The position numbers were made by a program, and so were the translations under genes. Of a DNA stretch of 64,000 nt, positions 27,869 through 36,818 are shown in pieces. Each line of letters begins with the position of its first letter. Position 1 is the first letter of the stretch. This DNA is from a virus (Duplodnaviria; Caudoviricetes), in IMG/VR virus record IMGVR_UViG_3300017716_000997, positions 1,033-65,032 of that record, one strand, 5' to 3'. The notes under the pieces were generated by a model. It saw nothing but the letters and a program-made list of their open reading frames with translations. It did not search any database and was not told where the DNA came from.

Positions 27869-28774
27869 TTATCCGTTGATTGCTAAATGCGCCTCAGCAA
27901 GTTCAGCACGATCTTTCCATACTTTCATTTGCTTAGCCATGGCTTCTAACTCTTTCTCTGCCTTCTCATAACGGCGCTTACCGTATGTAGCCTGCTTCTT
28001 CATCTCCAAGCACTCAGCCTGGAACGAATCACGGGATGCTTTTAATACTCTGTTATCCATCTCAAGAGTCTTAACTGTAGCTTGAAGTTCAGCAATAATA
28101 CTGGCTGCCGCTTTCTTCTCCTCAGGTGTAGCTTCCATTGCAGCGACTGCGACCCTTGCTTCAAGGACCTTGTTCTCTTCCGCAAGTTCTTGTACGGTGT
28201 TCGTAAGTTCTTCAAACTCGTATGTCTCTTCAGGGGCGCTCTTTGCAACTGGCTCATCAACTGGTTCTTTCTTGTTTGTTTTTAATTGGTAATCCGAGCC
28301 ATCACGACTTACCTTAACAACATCAGGTTGTTTACCTTCAGCTTTGCGACCCTTGGATACGAAAGTATGTGAGACACCCATAATCCGACCAAGCTCACGA
28401 TCAGATAATGACGCATAGCGTGGCTCATCTAATGCAATCCGCAACTGATAGCGCTTGTCATCGTTGCTGTAATGTTCAGCATTTTTACGGTTTGCAATCT
28501 TGAATGCATAATCAAATGCATCGGCATAAGTTCCCATCTGCGTATCGGCATCAACGATTTCAAGGCCGTTCTTTTTATGGGCATAGTAGCGTTTAAATCC
28601 ATCTACTAAGTAGTTATGATCACCGTCATTAAAGACAACTACTGGCGGAAACTTATCTCCATCCAGCATTGCTTGGGCATACTCATCAATAATGTCTTGG
28701 TTGAGAGAGACCCGCATCATTAGCTTAGGGTCTAGGATTAATTGCGATAACTTCATTTGGTTCCTCTTATCCAT
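27869..28774 (-). CDS. ParB-N-like domain + HTH + coiled-coil protein (301 aa)
   Basis: IDEYAQAMLDGDKFPPVVVF...LVDGFKRYYA; LSDRELGRIMGVSHTFVSKGR. Confidence 0.75.
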   Translation of the reverse strand: MDKRNQMKLSQLILDPKLMMRVSLNQDIIDEYAQAMLDGDKFPPVVVFNDGDHNYLVDGFKRYYAHKKNGLEIVDADTQMGTYADAFDYAFKIANRKNAEHYSNDDKRYQLRIALDEPRYASLSDRELGRIMGVSHTFVSKGRKAEGKQPDVVKVSRDGSDYQLKTNKKEPVDEPVAKSAPEETYEFEELTNTVQELAEENKVLEARVAVAAMEATPEEKKAAASIIAELQATVKTLEMDNRVLKASRDSFQAECLEMKKQATYGKRRYEKAEKELEAMAKQMKVWKDRAELAEAHLAING

Positions 28775-28952
28775 ATCGTTTCAAATTTGTAAGCGCCATC
28801 CTCAGCTCATATTCACTAGCTTTGGGGTTATTTGCTACCCTCAAGGACTGCATGGCTTGCTCTTTCCATCTGATGCTAGTTTGCACCGATCCTACTTTTA
28901 CCGCATCGGGGATTACCCCAGCTTGCTTTTTTATTTCTTCTCTGATCGTCAT
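28767..28952 (-). CDS. Hypothetical protein (61 aa)
   Basis: GAAGG RBS; overlaps ParB-like start. Confidence 0.55.
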   Translation of the reverse strand: MTIREEIKKQAGVIPDAVKVGSVQTSIRWKEQAMQSLRVANNPKASEYELRMALTNLKRYG

Positions 28953-29187
28953 CGCCTTCTCTTATTATTATGTATATATACAGTCTGTATATATGGTACT
29001 CATTTGGTGGACGCACTCCGCCCTAGCAGTGCGCCTTTAACTGTACTCATTTGGAGCCACAGCACTCGCCAGTCGTTTGTAGAATCGGCACTAGCTTCGC
29101 CACCGATCTTGCGCTATTACATCTACTTCCCCAGTAGCGCTTGTATCTATCCCGCTGGTGTTTCTCTGCCGTCCAGGATAAACCGCA

Positions 29188-29316
29188 GAAAAGAAAAAAC
29201 CCCATACAACTGGAGTCTATATTGGCCATTCGCTTATGTTTATCACCTAGCAACTAAGCATAAGAAAACTATGTATAGACCCCATGTGTATGAGGTTTAG
29301 CTGGTGATTCTACCAT
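29188..29316 (-). ncRNA. Candidate small RNA/attenuator: extended -10 promoter, long stem, U-tract
   Basis: TGgTAGAAT at 29315-29307; 25-bp imperfect stem 29298-29274 pairing with 29221-29197; inner CTTATG/CATAAG helix; followed by TTTCTTTT. Confidence 0.5.
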
Positions 29317-29410
29317 AAAGGAACCGACCAAAGTCCCAATCTGCAGAGAAACTATAACACAAATAAAAAAGGGGGCAAGTAGTTTCTACTCAACCCCCAG
29401 GCTTACGCCA

Positions 29411-29518
29411 TTACTTCTTGAGCTGCTCTAGAACTGTGATAGTCCAATTGATCCACATATCGTTGTACTTCTTAACTTGAGTGGTTACTTCTTTAATCTG
29501 CTTATCAAAATCAAACAT
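29411..29518 (-). CDS. 35-aa amphipathic microprotein, phasin-like (not in ORF track)
   Basis: MFDFDKQIKEVTTQVKKYNDMWINWTITVLEQLKK; AGGAG RBS. Confidence 0.6.
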   Translation of the reverse strand: MFDFDKQIKEVTTQVKKYNDMWINWTITVLEQLKK

Positions 29519-29537
29519 AGATCTCTCCTAAATTGTA

Positions 29538-29558
29538 TGTTGCAATGCAACAATTATA
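29538..29558 (-). promoter_or_regulatory. TATAAT -10 box plus perfect palindrome TGTTGCA-N-TGCAACA
   Basis: TATAAT at 29558-29553 directly followed by 7+1+7 inverted repeat 29552-29538. Confidence 0.6.
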
Positions 29559-29562
29559 CAGG

Positions 29563-29593
29563 AAAAAGGTGGGGGCGGTATACTCACACCCCC
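29563..29593 (-). terminator. Possible terminator
   Basis: GGGGGTG-9 nt-CGCCCCC then ACCTTTTT on minus strand. Confidence 0.45.
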
Positions 29594-29767
29594 TAATGCC
29601 TAGCGAGAGGAATCACAGGCTTTATACCGAGGAAGGTATGATGCAAGTATACAACAGTTTATTCAACTGGCAACGTTGCCAGATGCGCTTAAAAAATAGG
29701 CATATGCGTACTTAATGCCGAATTTTATACATACAAGTATCAATATGTATAGAAAATTGGTACCAAA

Positions 29768-29990
29768 AGGTTCCCAAACGGAACCTATTTAAAGAGTCAT
29801 TTACTAAACCTTACAAAATGTCCCGATCAGGAATATTTGTGTAATTTATGCTACTTTTTCTTACATTATTCCCGTTCGGGAAACTTTTTGTTACACAGGT
29901 GACCTATTTTAAAAACACCTATAAGTGCATGAAATTTCAATAAAAAGTCATGCAAAAATAGGACATCATGCCATCATGCCTTCATGCCGC
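29768..29990. repeat. Intergenic cluster of related palindromes and short tandem repeats
   Basis: GGTTCCCAAACGGAACC, TCCCGATCAGGA, TTCCCGTTCGGGAA about 50 nt apart; TGCATGA...TCATGCA; CATGCC x3. Confidence 0.6.
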
Positions 29991-30347
29991 ATGAATGTAC
30001 TCCTTGATAGTCACTTGGCACCCACCGCCCTTGATCTTTGCACCACGCTCTATGGTGATCTTCCATACCTGCTGGTCATCATCAAAGACACCTGCATCCT
30101 GTAATGAATCACCCAAACACTTGAGCATATTATCTATATCCATAAGCCTGTTGTCTCGTGGAAACAACACTACATCTAATTCAACTGGAGAGCTACCAAA
30201 GCCCTTGTGGCCAGAGGCTGCATAGATTTCTGCTACGCTCTTCTTAAACTCAACACCACGCTTGGATATGTATCGGCGCTTACCTGATGCAAGCCAATAG
30301 GCATTCACGGAAACTGGATATTTGAGTGTTAGGGTAAGTCCTGACAT
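29982..30347 (-). CDS. rusA: RusA-like Holliday junction resolvase
   Basis: YPVSVNAYW, RDNRLMDIDNMLKCLGDSL...FDDDQQV. Confidence 0.85.
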   Translation of the reverse strand: MSGLTLTLKYPVSVNAYWLASGKRRYISKRGVEFKKSVAEIYAASGHKGFGSSPVELDVVLFPRDNRLMDIDNMLKCLGDSLQDAGVFDDDQQVWKITIERGAKIKGGGCQVTIKEYIHAA

Positions 30348-30376
30348 AACTATTTTAATAAATTAGGTACGACCTA

Positions 30377-30405
30377 TTTACAATTCTAATAGTTGTGATT
30401 ATAGT
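30377..30405 (+). promoter_or_regulatory. Sigma70 promoter of the rightward block
   Basis: TTTACA-17 nt-TATAGT, then GAGGAGAGG RBS. Confidence 0.7.
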
Positions 30406-30427
30406 CTTAAAAAAAGAGGAGAGGTAT

Positions 30428-31033
30428 ATGAGAGAGTATCGAGTAAAAGTAACGGTTAGAAATAACTTGTTACTGTCAGCAATTGAGGGCGCTGGCTATA
30501 AGACGCAGGCAGAGTTTGCTAGATCTTGTGAGATCCCAATGACTGCGGTTAATGAATTGGTTGCCATGCGTAAAGCCCCGATTGGAGTGGATGGTGAGTT
30601 TATTTATTCAGCCAAAGCCGTTATGGAAGCATTGGGTGCTTGTCCCACCGATCTGTGGACGGAAGAACAGTTAACAATGGAATTGCGCAGAAACACAGTA
30701 GAAAAAGAGCTTAGCAAAGAGGCGGTTATGCAGGCTCTTCAATGGGAGGGCGCATCAAACTTAGAAATAGCTCCACCAGAACATGATTTAGAACATCAAC
30801 AAATAAAGCAGGTTATTGAAACGGTTTTGGATACTTTAACCCCAAGAGAATCTAAGATTCTTAAGTTGCGTTTTGGCATTAGTAATGTTGAAAACGATGG
30901 AGCAACTTTGGAAAAGATTGGATCAATATTTAGAGTAAACAAAGAAAGAATTAGACAACTTGAAGCTAGAGCATTAAGAAAGTTAAGGCACCCATCAAGA
31001 TCAAACGTTTTATTAGAAATTATAGAGGAATAA
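30428..31033 (+). CDS. HTH + RpoD region-4-like protein (no sigma region 2 seen)
   Basis: N-terminal XRE-like helix (TQAEFARSCEIPMTAVNEL); C-terminal VLDTLTPRESKILKLRFG...TLEKIG...ERIRQLEARALRKLRHPSRS. Confidence 0.8.
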   Translation: MREYRVKVTVRNNLLLSAIEGAGYKTQAEFARSCEIPMTAVNELVAMRKAPIGVDGEFIYSAKAVMEALGACPTDLWTEEQLTMELRRNTVEKELSKEAVMQALQWEGASNLEIAPPEHDLEHQQIKQVIETVLDTLTPRESKILKLRFGISNVENDGATLEKIGSIFRVNKERIRQLEARALRKLRHPSRSNVLLEIIEE

Positions 31034-31035
31034 AA

Positions 31036-31920
31036 ATGACAGATAGACAACGCAGACTGAGGGATTACTTCGCAGCCAAGGTGATGAGTGGCATGTGTTC
31101 CGGTGATTGGAAATTTGATTTATCCAGCGGAAAGACCTGGGATGAAGTAGCTGCTAAGAGAGCTTATGAGCTGGCTGATGCCATGCTTGCTGAGCGTGAA
31201 ATTGAAAACATACCGACATCGCATTGATATGACTGAACTAATTATTGCTGCGGTTGTATTCATGGTTTGTTATGCAGTCTTCCTGTTTATGAAAGGTAGA
31301 TGATGGCTGGTAAGAAGCGAGAAGAGTTTTTCAAACTTGATAACAGTATTACTTATTACTTAAAAGATTATGTGGACGACAGAGATAAGCAAAGAAAAAT
31401 TATCCAAAGGAACAATGGCGATTTGTTCTACATTTTTAAACCAAGAGGAGAAGCAAATGAATGCAATATGGGAGACAGCTAACAAGATTAGCGAATTAGG
31501 CTACAAGGTACATAGTGCTGCAATGGTAGTGGAATTAGTAGCTACTAACATTACAGATAACGCAGAAAGCGGTGCTTGCTGGTGCGCAGTAGACGCTCTT
31601 ACAAGAGTCAGCGATGAACTAGAATCAGAAGTAGCGCATTTGATGAGTGAGAACCGTGCGCAAGAAGAATGCATTCGTAAGCTAGAGGCGGTAATAGCCA
31701 AGCATAAGCTAACTAAGGATGCAAAAAAATGAAAATTACTGAGGCTAAGATAACCTTTACGGCAGACATTGCATCCTATTGCATGGATGAGGTAGTTAAA
31801 AAAGGAAAGTTGATTGATTATTTTGTTGAAGCATTACGACAAAGCAGCGATAGAGAATACAGTTTTGTGTTTAGCAACATGGAGTTGCGAACAGAGGGAG
31901 AAGTTGAGGTATCAATATGA
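31036..31920 (+). CDS. Small hypothetical genes (31036-31227, 31300-31482, 31457-31732, 31729-31920)
   Basis: Coupled ORFs; first has LRDYFAAKVM...AYELADAML motif common in phage microproteins. Confidence 0.55.
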
Positions 31921-32774
31921 AGAAGTTATGCGTGGTGAACTTTTGGGAAGGTGGATTTGATGGAGACTTCTTTGAATACTTCTTCCAGCGGGCATTGGGT
32001 GGGTTCGAGTACACAGACAATCCATATACTGCAGACCTTATCGTAACCTCTGTCTTTGGAAATGCTCACTATGATCAGCGAAAAACTATTGCGTACATTG
32101 GAGAGAATGTTAGACCTAGCTACATGGGCTACGACCATTCTCTTTCTTTTGACTATGACAGTTACGGTGGACGTAATTTTCGATTACCTCTATGGTACTC
32201 ACGGTTAGCATGGCCCGGCTTTGAATTAAAGCCACGCAGAGCCAATGCTCATAATCATGGGTACGAACCATTGATTGAGATTGCGCCGCTGACGCAGCCA
32301 CGCATATTAGACTGGGATAAGAAAGATAAATTCTGTGCCATGATTGCTGGTAATCCTGAAGGGTTGCGCATTAACTTGTTTAACTCTATTACTAGGTATA
32401 AACCCGTACATGGGTTTGGTAATATGTTTAACAATTCTTTGCGTCAATCTAAGTTCTCTGTCCTGCCTGAGTATAAGTTCTGCCTATGCCCTGAGAACTC
32501 TGTTTACGATGGCTACATTACCGAGAAGTTATTAGACGCATATGCGGGCGGTACTATACCAATCTATAGCGGAACCATGTCGGCTGACTGCGACTTCCAT
32601 GAGGGTTCTTATTTAAACTATATGAACACCAAAGACATGAACTGGTTCGTCACAACCATTCAAGCTATTGATGAGAGCAAAGAACTCTACGAGGCTATGT
32701 ATACTAAGCCCCTACTTTGGGAAGAACCCAGTCTTGATAACGCATTAGATTTTGTACGGAATATAGTGCAATGA
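31917..32774 (+). CDS. Alpha-1,3/4-fucosyltransferase-like glycosyltransferase (GT10)
   Basis: YKFCLCPENSVYDGYITEKLLDAYAGGTIPIYSG matches GT10 YKFxLxFENSxxxGYxTEK...PIYxG; KFCAMIAGNP. Confidence 0.85.
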   Translation: MKKLCVVNFWEGGFDGDFFEYFFQRALGGFEYTDNPYTADLIVTSVFGNAHYDQRKTIAYIGENVRPSYMGYDHSLSFDYDSYGGRNFRLPLWYSRLAWPGFELKPRRANAHNHGYEPLIEIAPLTQPRILDWDKKDKFCAMIAGNPEGLRINLFNSITRYKPVHGFGNMFNNSLRQSKFSVLPEYKFCLCPENSVYDGYITEKLLDAYAGGTIPIYSGTMSADCDFHEGSYLNYMNTKDMNWFVTTIQAIDESKELYEAMYTKPLLWEEPSLDNALDFVRNIVQ

Positions 32775-35700
32775 ACCTATTTAACGGCGATGAAGATCTG
32801 CAACGGCGGTATGCTGATGCGCTCAAGACCAGCGTTGATAAGACATTTGGAGTTGAAATGAACAATGAACGCAGTCTTGCCAAAGAAATAACAGAAGGAT
32901 TTGAAGCACTTAAATCTATGAGAAACAATGAACCAGTAGCGTGGATGCTTGCAGATAAAGAAGCGGAACATATCCGTAGCATTATGGCGGTGAAACATGA
33001 TTTTGTGCCTAAAGGATGCGTTGAAATTCCACTCTATACCCATCCAGTAAAAGAACAAGACACAGACTGTCAGTATTGCAAACAAGGATGTATTCGTTGT
33101 GATGCTAGAAAGCAACTAACAGATGAGGAAATAGCAGAAGTCTTTGACAATACTTTTAAAGTGCGTGACTTTGAAGATGCGTTTTTAAAGTTTGCTAGAG
33201 CAATACTAAGAAAGGCACAAGAATAATGAACTGGATACTTGTTATTTATATTTATGCTGGCGTATTAGCTAGTGGTGATAGCGTTTCAATTACAAACATA
33301 CCTAATTTTTCAACAAAACAAGATTGCATACAAGCTGGTAGAGATGCTGAAGGGTTAGTGTCAGGAAGCACAAAAGTGTATAGGTTTGTTTGTTTAAGAA
33401 AGGCACAACAATGAACGCAAATGAACTTACTGCTTTAATTTCAGAATGTTTGAGAGAAATAGACGACCATGAGTTTTTCTTAAAACTTGAATCTGTACTA
33501 CGCCAGCAACAAGCCGAAATTGAGGCGTTGAAAAACTGGCAAGATACATGGCGACCTTTTCTTAAACAACATTTTGGGATAGAGAAATGAACAATGAACC
33601 AGTAGCGTGGCTATGGACTAAAAACGGAAAGCCACAGTCGGCTTTATTGCATGAACCTGATACTGTTCCAAGTGACCCATACTGGAAAGATAAAGGGTTT
33701 AAAGCAATTCCACTCTATACCCATCCAGTAGAACTAACAGATGAGGAAATATTAAATTTATGGTGGGATTCAGACCATACTAAAGATGAAGATGATTTAA
33801 TTCTTACTTTTGTCAAAAGAATTTTAAAAGAAAGGTAAAAAATGAGTAGCTATATAGAAGGTTTTGAAGATGGTGTTAGAGCCACTAAAGCGGAGTATTT
33901 AAAACTGCTTGAAGAAGAAAGTCATCCAGTGAAAGAACTATCAGAAGATGAAATAAAAGAAGTTGCGGATAGTGTTTGCCACGATTGGGATGAAGATGGA
34001 TTAGGTCATCTGTACATGGTAGATTTTGCTAGAGCAATACTAAGGAAGGCACAAGAAGCCGACAAAATTGAATCTTTGGGAACTGTCAATATTGGTGGTG
34101 TCCACTTTAGAAATGGAAAGGAAGTGAAATGAGTAACGAACCAGTAGCAATAGTTAAAAAAATAACTATAAGCGGAATAGACAATTTTTCAATAGAAAGA
34201 TTTACCGAATTGAAAGAAGGAACTTTGCTCTACACCAATCCAACAGACCAAACAGACGAAGAAATAGAAGAATTTGCTAAAAAAGCTGGAGTGGTTTTTG
34301 ATGAAAGATACAAAGGTGAAGTTACTTTTATTTCAAGAGAAGCATTTAAACGATTTGCTAGAGCAATACTAAGAAAGGCACAAAAATGAATAATGAACCA
34401 GTAGCGTGGATAGATTACCTAGAACATAGCGATGTATATGACCTTAATGTAAGTGGTCGTGGTATTCCACTCTATACCCATCCAGCACAAAAACCAACAA
34501 TGGTGCTTGACGGCAATCATGTTTACCCTTCTTTTAAAGAACTATCAGATGAGGAAATAATGGAAGTGATTGAGGAAATTGAATGTACTTATAACCCTGT
34601 AGAAATTGAAATGAGTTATGACTATGAAGTTAGACTTGCTAGAGCAATACTAAGAAAGGCAAGTGAGAAATGAACGCAAATGAACTAGCCGACAAAATTG
34701 AAGATGCTCGTAACGAAACTGATTTTCAAAAATGGGCAGGACAAGCACCAGATATGCTACGCCAGCAACAAGCTGAAATAGCCGAACTCAAGCACATGAA
34801 TCGTAACTGGCAGATTTCAGAAAATATCTTATTACTTGAACTGGAGAAACTACAACATCGTGAACTAACAGATGAGGAAATAGGGCAGTTCAAAGGCGAA
34901 TGGTACAGGGGTGACTATGCTTCTTTTTACGATTTAGTTAGAGCAATACTAAGAAAGGCACAAGAATAATGAACGCAAATGAACTAGCTGATGCCCTAGA
35001 CGCCATAGGTGACAAGTATCTTGTCATACTGGGTGACATACATTTTAAAGAAGCGGCTGCCTTTGTACGCCAGCAACAAGCTGAAATAGAGGCGTTGAAA
35101 GCCGTGCTAGAACAAGAAGGCATTGGCGTTGGTCGTGATTTATTAAATGGTGGTATTGCTTTGTTTAGAAAGGCGCAAAATGAACAATAAACCAGTGGCA
35201 TGGAGAAACTTATTAGCCGATGAAGAAGACCAAGACGGCACATGGTTTTACAACGAAGTTGGTCAAGGAACACCACTCTATACCCACCCAGTAAAAGAAT
35301 TAGCCCTGACTGATGAAGAAATGATTAGCATTTACGAAAAAGATTGGTCAGGAATTAAGTGTGGTTTAGGTAGGGCTGTTGAACAAGCAATACTAAGAAA
35401 GGCACAAAATGGTTGAAGCCAAACTGTTACGCAAAAAGTTAAAGAATGGCTTGATTGTTGATAAATGGGACTTAGTAACTATTATTGAAAAGCAACAAAC
35501 TGAAATAGAGGCGCTAAAGAAAGATAACAAAGAACTACACGCTATTGCGCAACGAATGGCTATGGCAGAGTCTGATGCTAGAAAGTCATTGCAATGGTTT
35601 AAGGATGTTCAGGCAATAAGTTCAGGTGAAAAAACGATACTAACAGATGAGGAAATAAATGTAGTAGCCATTCTTCAAGATGCTGAAATTGTGCCAGTAG

Positions 35701-35795
35701 GACATGAGATTTGGAAAACTGGCGAAGAATTTAACAAATACAAAAGGATTGTATTGGCTACTGCCAAAGCACTAAGAAAGGCACAAGAGTTATGA
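32771..35795 (+). repeat. Array of 11 modular microgenes built from six recurring DNA blocks
   Basis: ORFs 32771-33226, 33226-33414, 33411-33590, 33587-33838, 33842-34132, 34129-34389, 34386-34673, 34670-34969, 34969-35190, 35180-35416, 35409-35795; shared NEPVAW, PLYTHP, LTDEEI, ARAILRKAQ, MNANEL, RQQQAEI. Confidence 0.9.
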
Positions 35796-36661
35796 AAGAG
35801 AAGTATGGAATCAAACATTTTGATGGGCCAGTAATGGAGCTGACCACAATGGTTGGGTGTCCGCTGATGTGCAGCTTTTGCCCACAGGAGAACCTTCGAG
35901 ATAGCTACGGCGATAGCGAAAAGTATATGCAGCCAGCAGACTTGGTAACAGTCCTTGCACAGCTTCCAAAAGACACTAGGATCGATTTTTCAGGGATGTC
36001 TGAGCCTTGGGCTAACCCTTACTGTACGGAGATGCTAGAGACCGTTCTATACATGGGATTTAACATTGCCATATACAGCACTTTGTATGGAATGACGGAT
36101 CCTGAGCGAGTCCGTAAAGTCTTGGAAGACCATCCTAACCAAGTGGATGTCATTATGCTTCACCTTCCTGATGCCAATGGCAACATGAAAGGCTGGAAGA
36201 ATAGTGAGGAATGGCAGTACGCTGCTGCGGTAATGTCCCATACCAATATTCCCTGTGGCGTTGGTGCTATGACAATGGATAGCTCAGGTCTAGTGCATCC
36301 AGAGCTTCAGTCTATGATTGGTCGTCTTCCTGGTTGGCAAGGACATACACGGGCGGATAGTTTGAATACTGAACAAGTAGCCGGTCAAGCCATCAGCATT
36401 ACTCCAATGAATACCTTTCCACTAACCTGTAGGAGTACCCCATTCTATGATCGTAACGTTCTGCTACCTAATGGCGATGTTGTGCTTTGTTGTATGGATT
36501 ACAACCTTAAGCATATTATCGGCAATCTATTAAATCAAACTTATAAAGAGATCTTTCAGGGTAAACCCTTACTAGACCTTATTGAAATGAATGAGGCAGA
36601 TGGGTTTAACAAATGCAGTATTTGCAAATCTTGTGAGAATGTGACCGAACTAAATGTATAA
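35792..36661 (+). CDS. Radical SAM enzyme with SPASM/Twitch-like C-terminus (289 aa)
   Basis: CPLMCSFC (CxxxCxxC), FSGMSEP, VLLPNGDVVLCCMD, CSICKSC. Confidence 0.9.
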   Translation: MKEKYGIKHFDGPVMELTTMVGCPLMCSFCPQENLRDSYGDSEKYMQPADLVTVLAQLPKDTRIDFSGMSEPWANPYCTEMLETVLYMGFNIAIYSTLYGMTDPERVRKVLEDHPNQVDVIMLHLPDANGNMKGWKNSEEWQYAAAVMSHTNIPCGVGAMTMDSSGLVHPELQSMIGRLPGWQGHTRADSLNTEQVAGQAISITPMNTFPLTCRSTPFYDRNVLLPNGDVVLCCMDYNLKHIIGNLLNQTYKEIFQGKPLLDLIEMNEADGFNKCSICKSCENVTELNV

Positions 36662-36818
36662 GAACATCATAATAGCCCTACTTCTTGCCATTGTAGCTAT
36701 TTACTTTTGGGGGGATAGCCCTGCTCAAGAATGTCCTGTGGAAAAGAAAACTCCACGCTGGGAAGACAACTGCATCATTCAAAAGAGTGGTGATTCGGAG
36801 ATAAAGACATGCGGATAA
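36654..36818 (+). CDS. Small secreted/membrane protein (54 aa, not in ORF track)
   Basis: MYKNIIIALLLAIVAIYFWG hydrophobic N-terminus; three Cys. Confidence 0.55.
   Translation: MYKNIIIALLLAIVAIYFWGDSPAQECPVEKKTPRWEDNCIIQKSGDSEIKTCG

Noticed and set aside
29047-29253. 68-aa minus-strand ORF through the long hairpin
   Set aside because: No convincing RBS or motif; kept only as a possible leader peptide within the RNA finding
28692-29300. 202-aa plus-strand ORF
   Set aside because: Antisense to two genes and the structured RNA region; Ser/Leu/Ile/Tyr-rich non-coding-like composition; no RBS
32771-35795. CRISPR array or diversity-generating retroelement interpretation of the modular array
   Set aside because: Repeats are of six types, in frame within ORFs and irregularly spaced; no reverse transcriptase and no adenine-specific TR/VR pair seen
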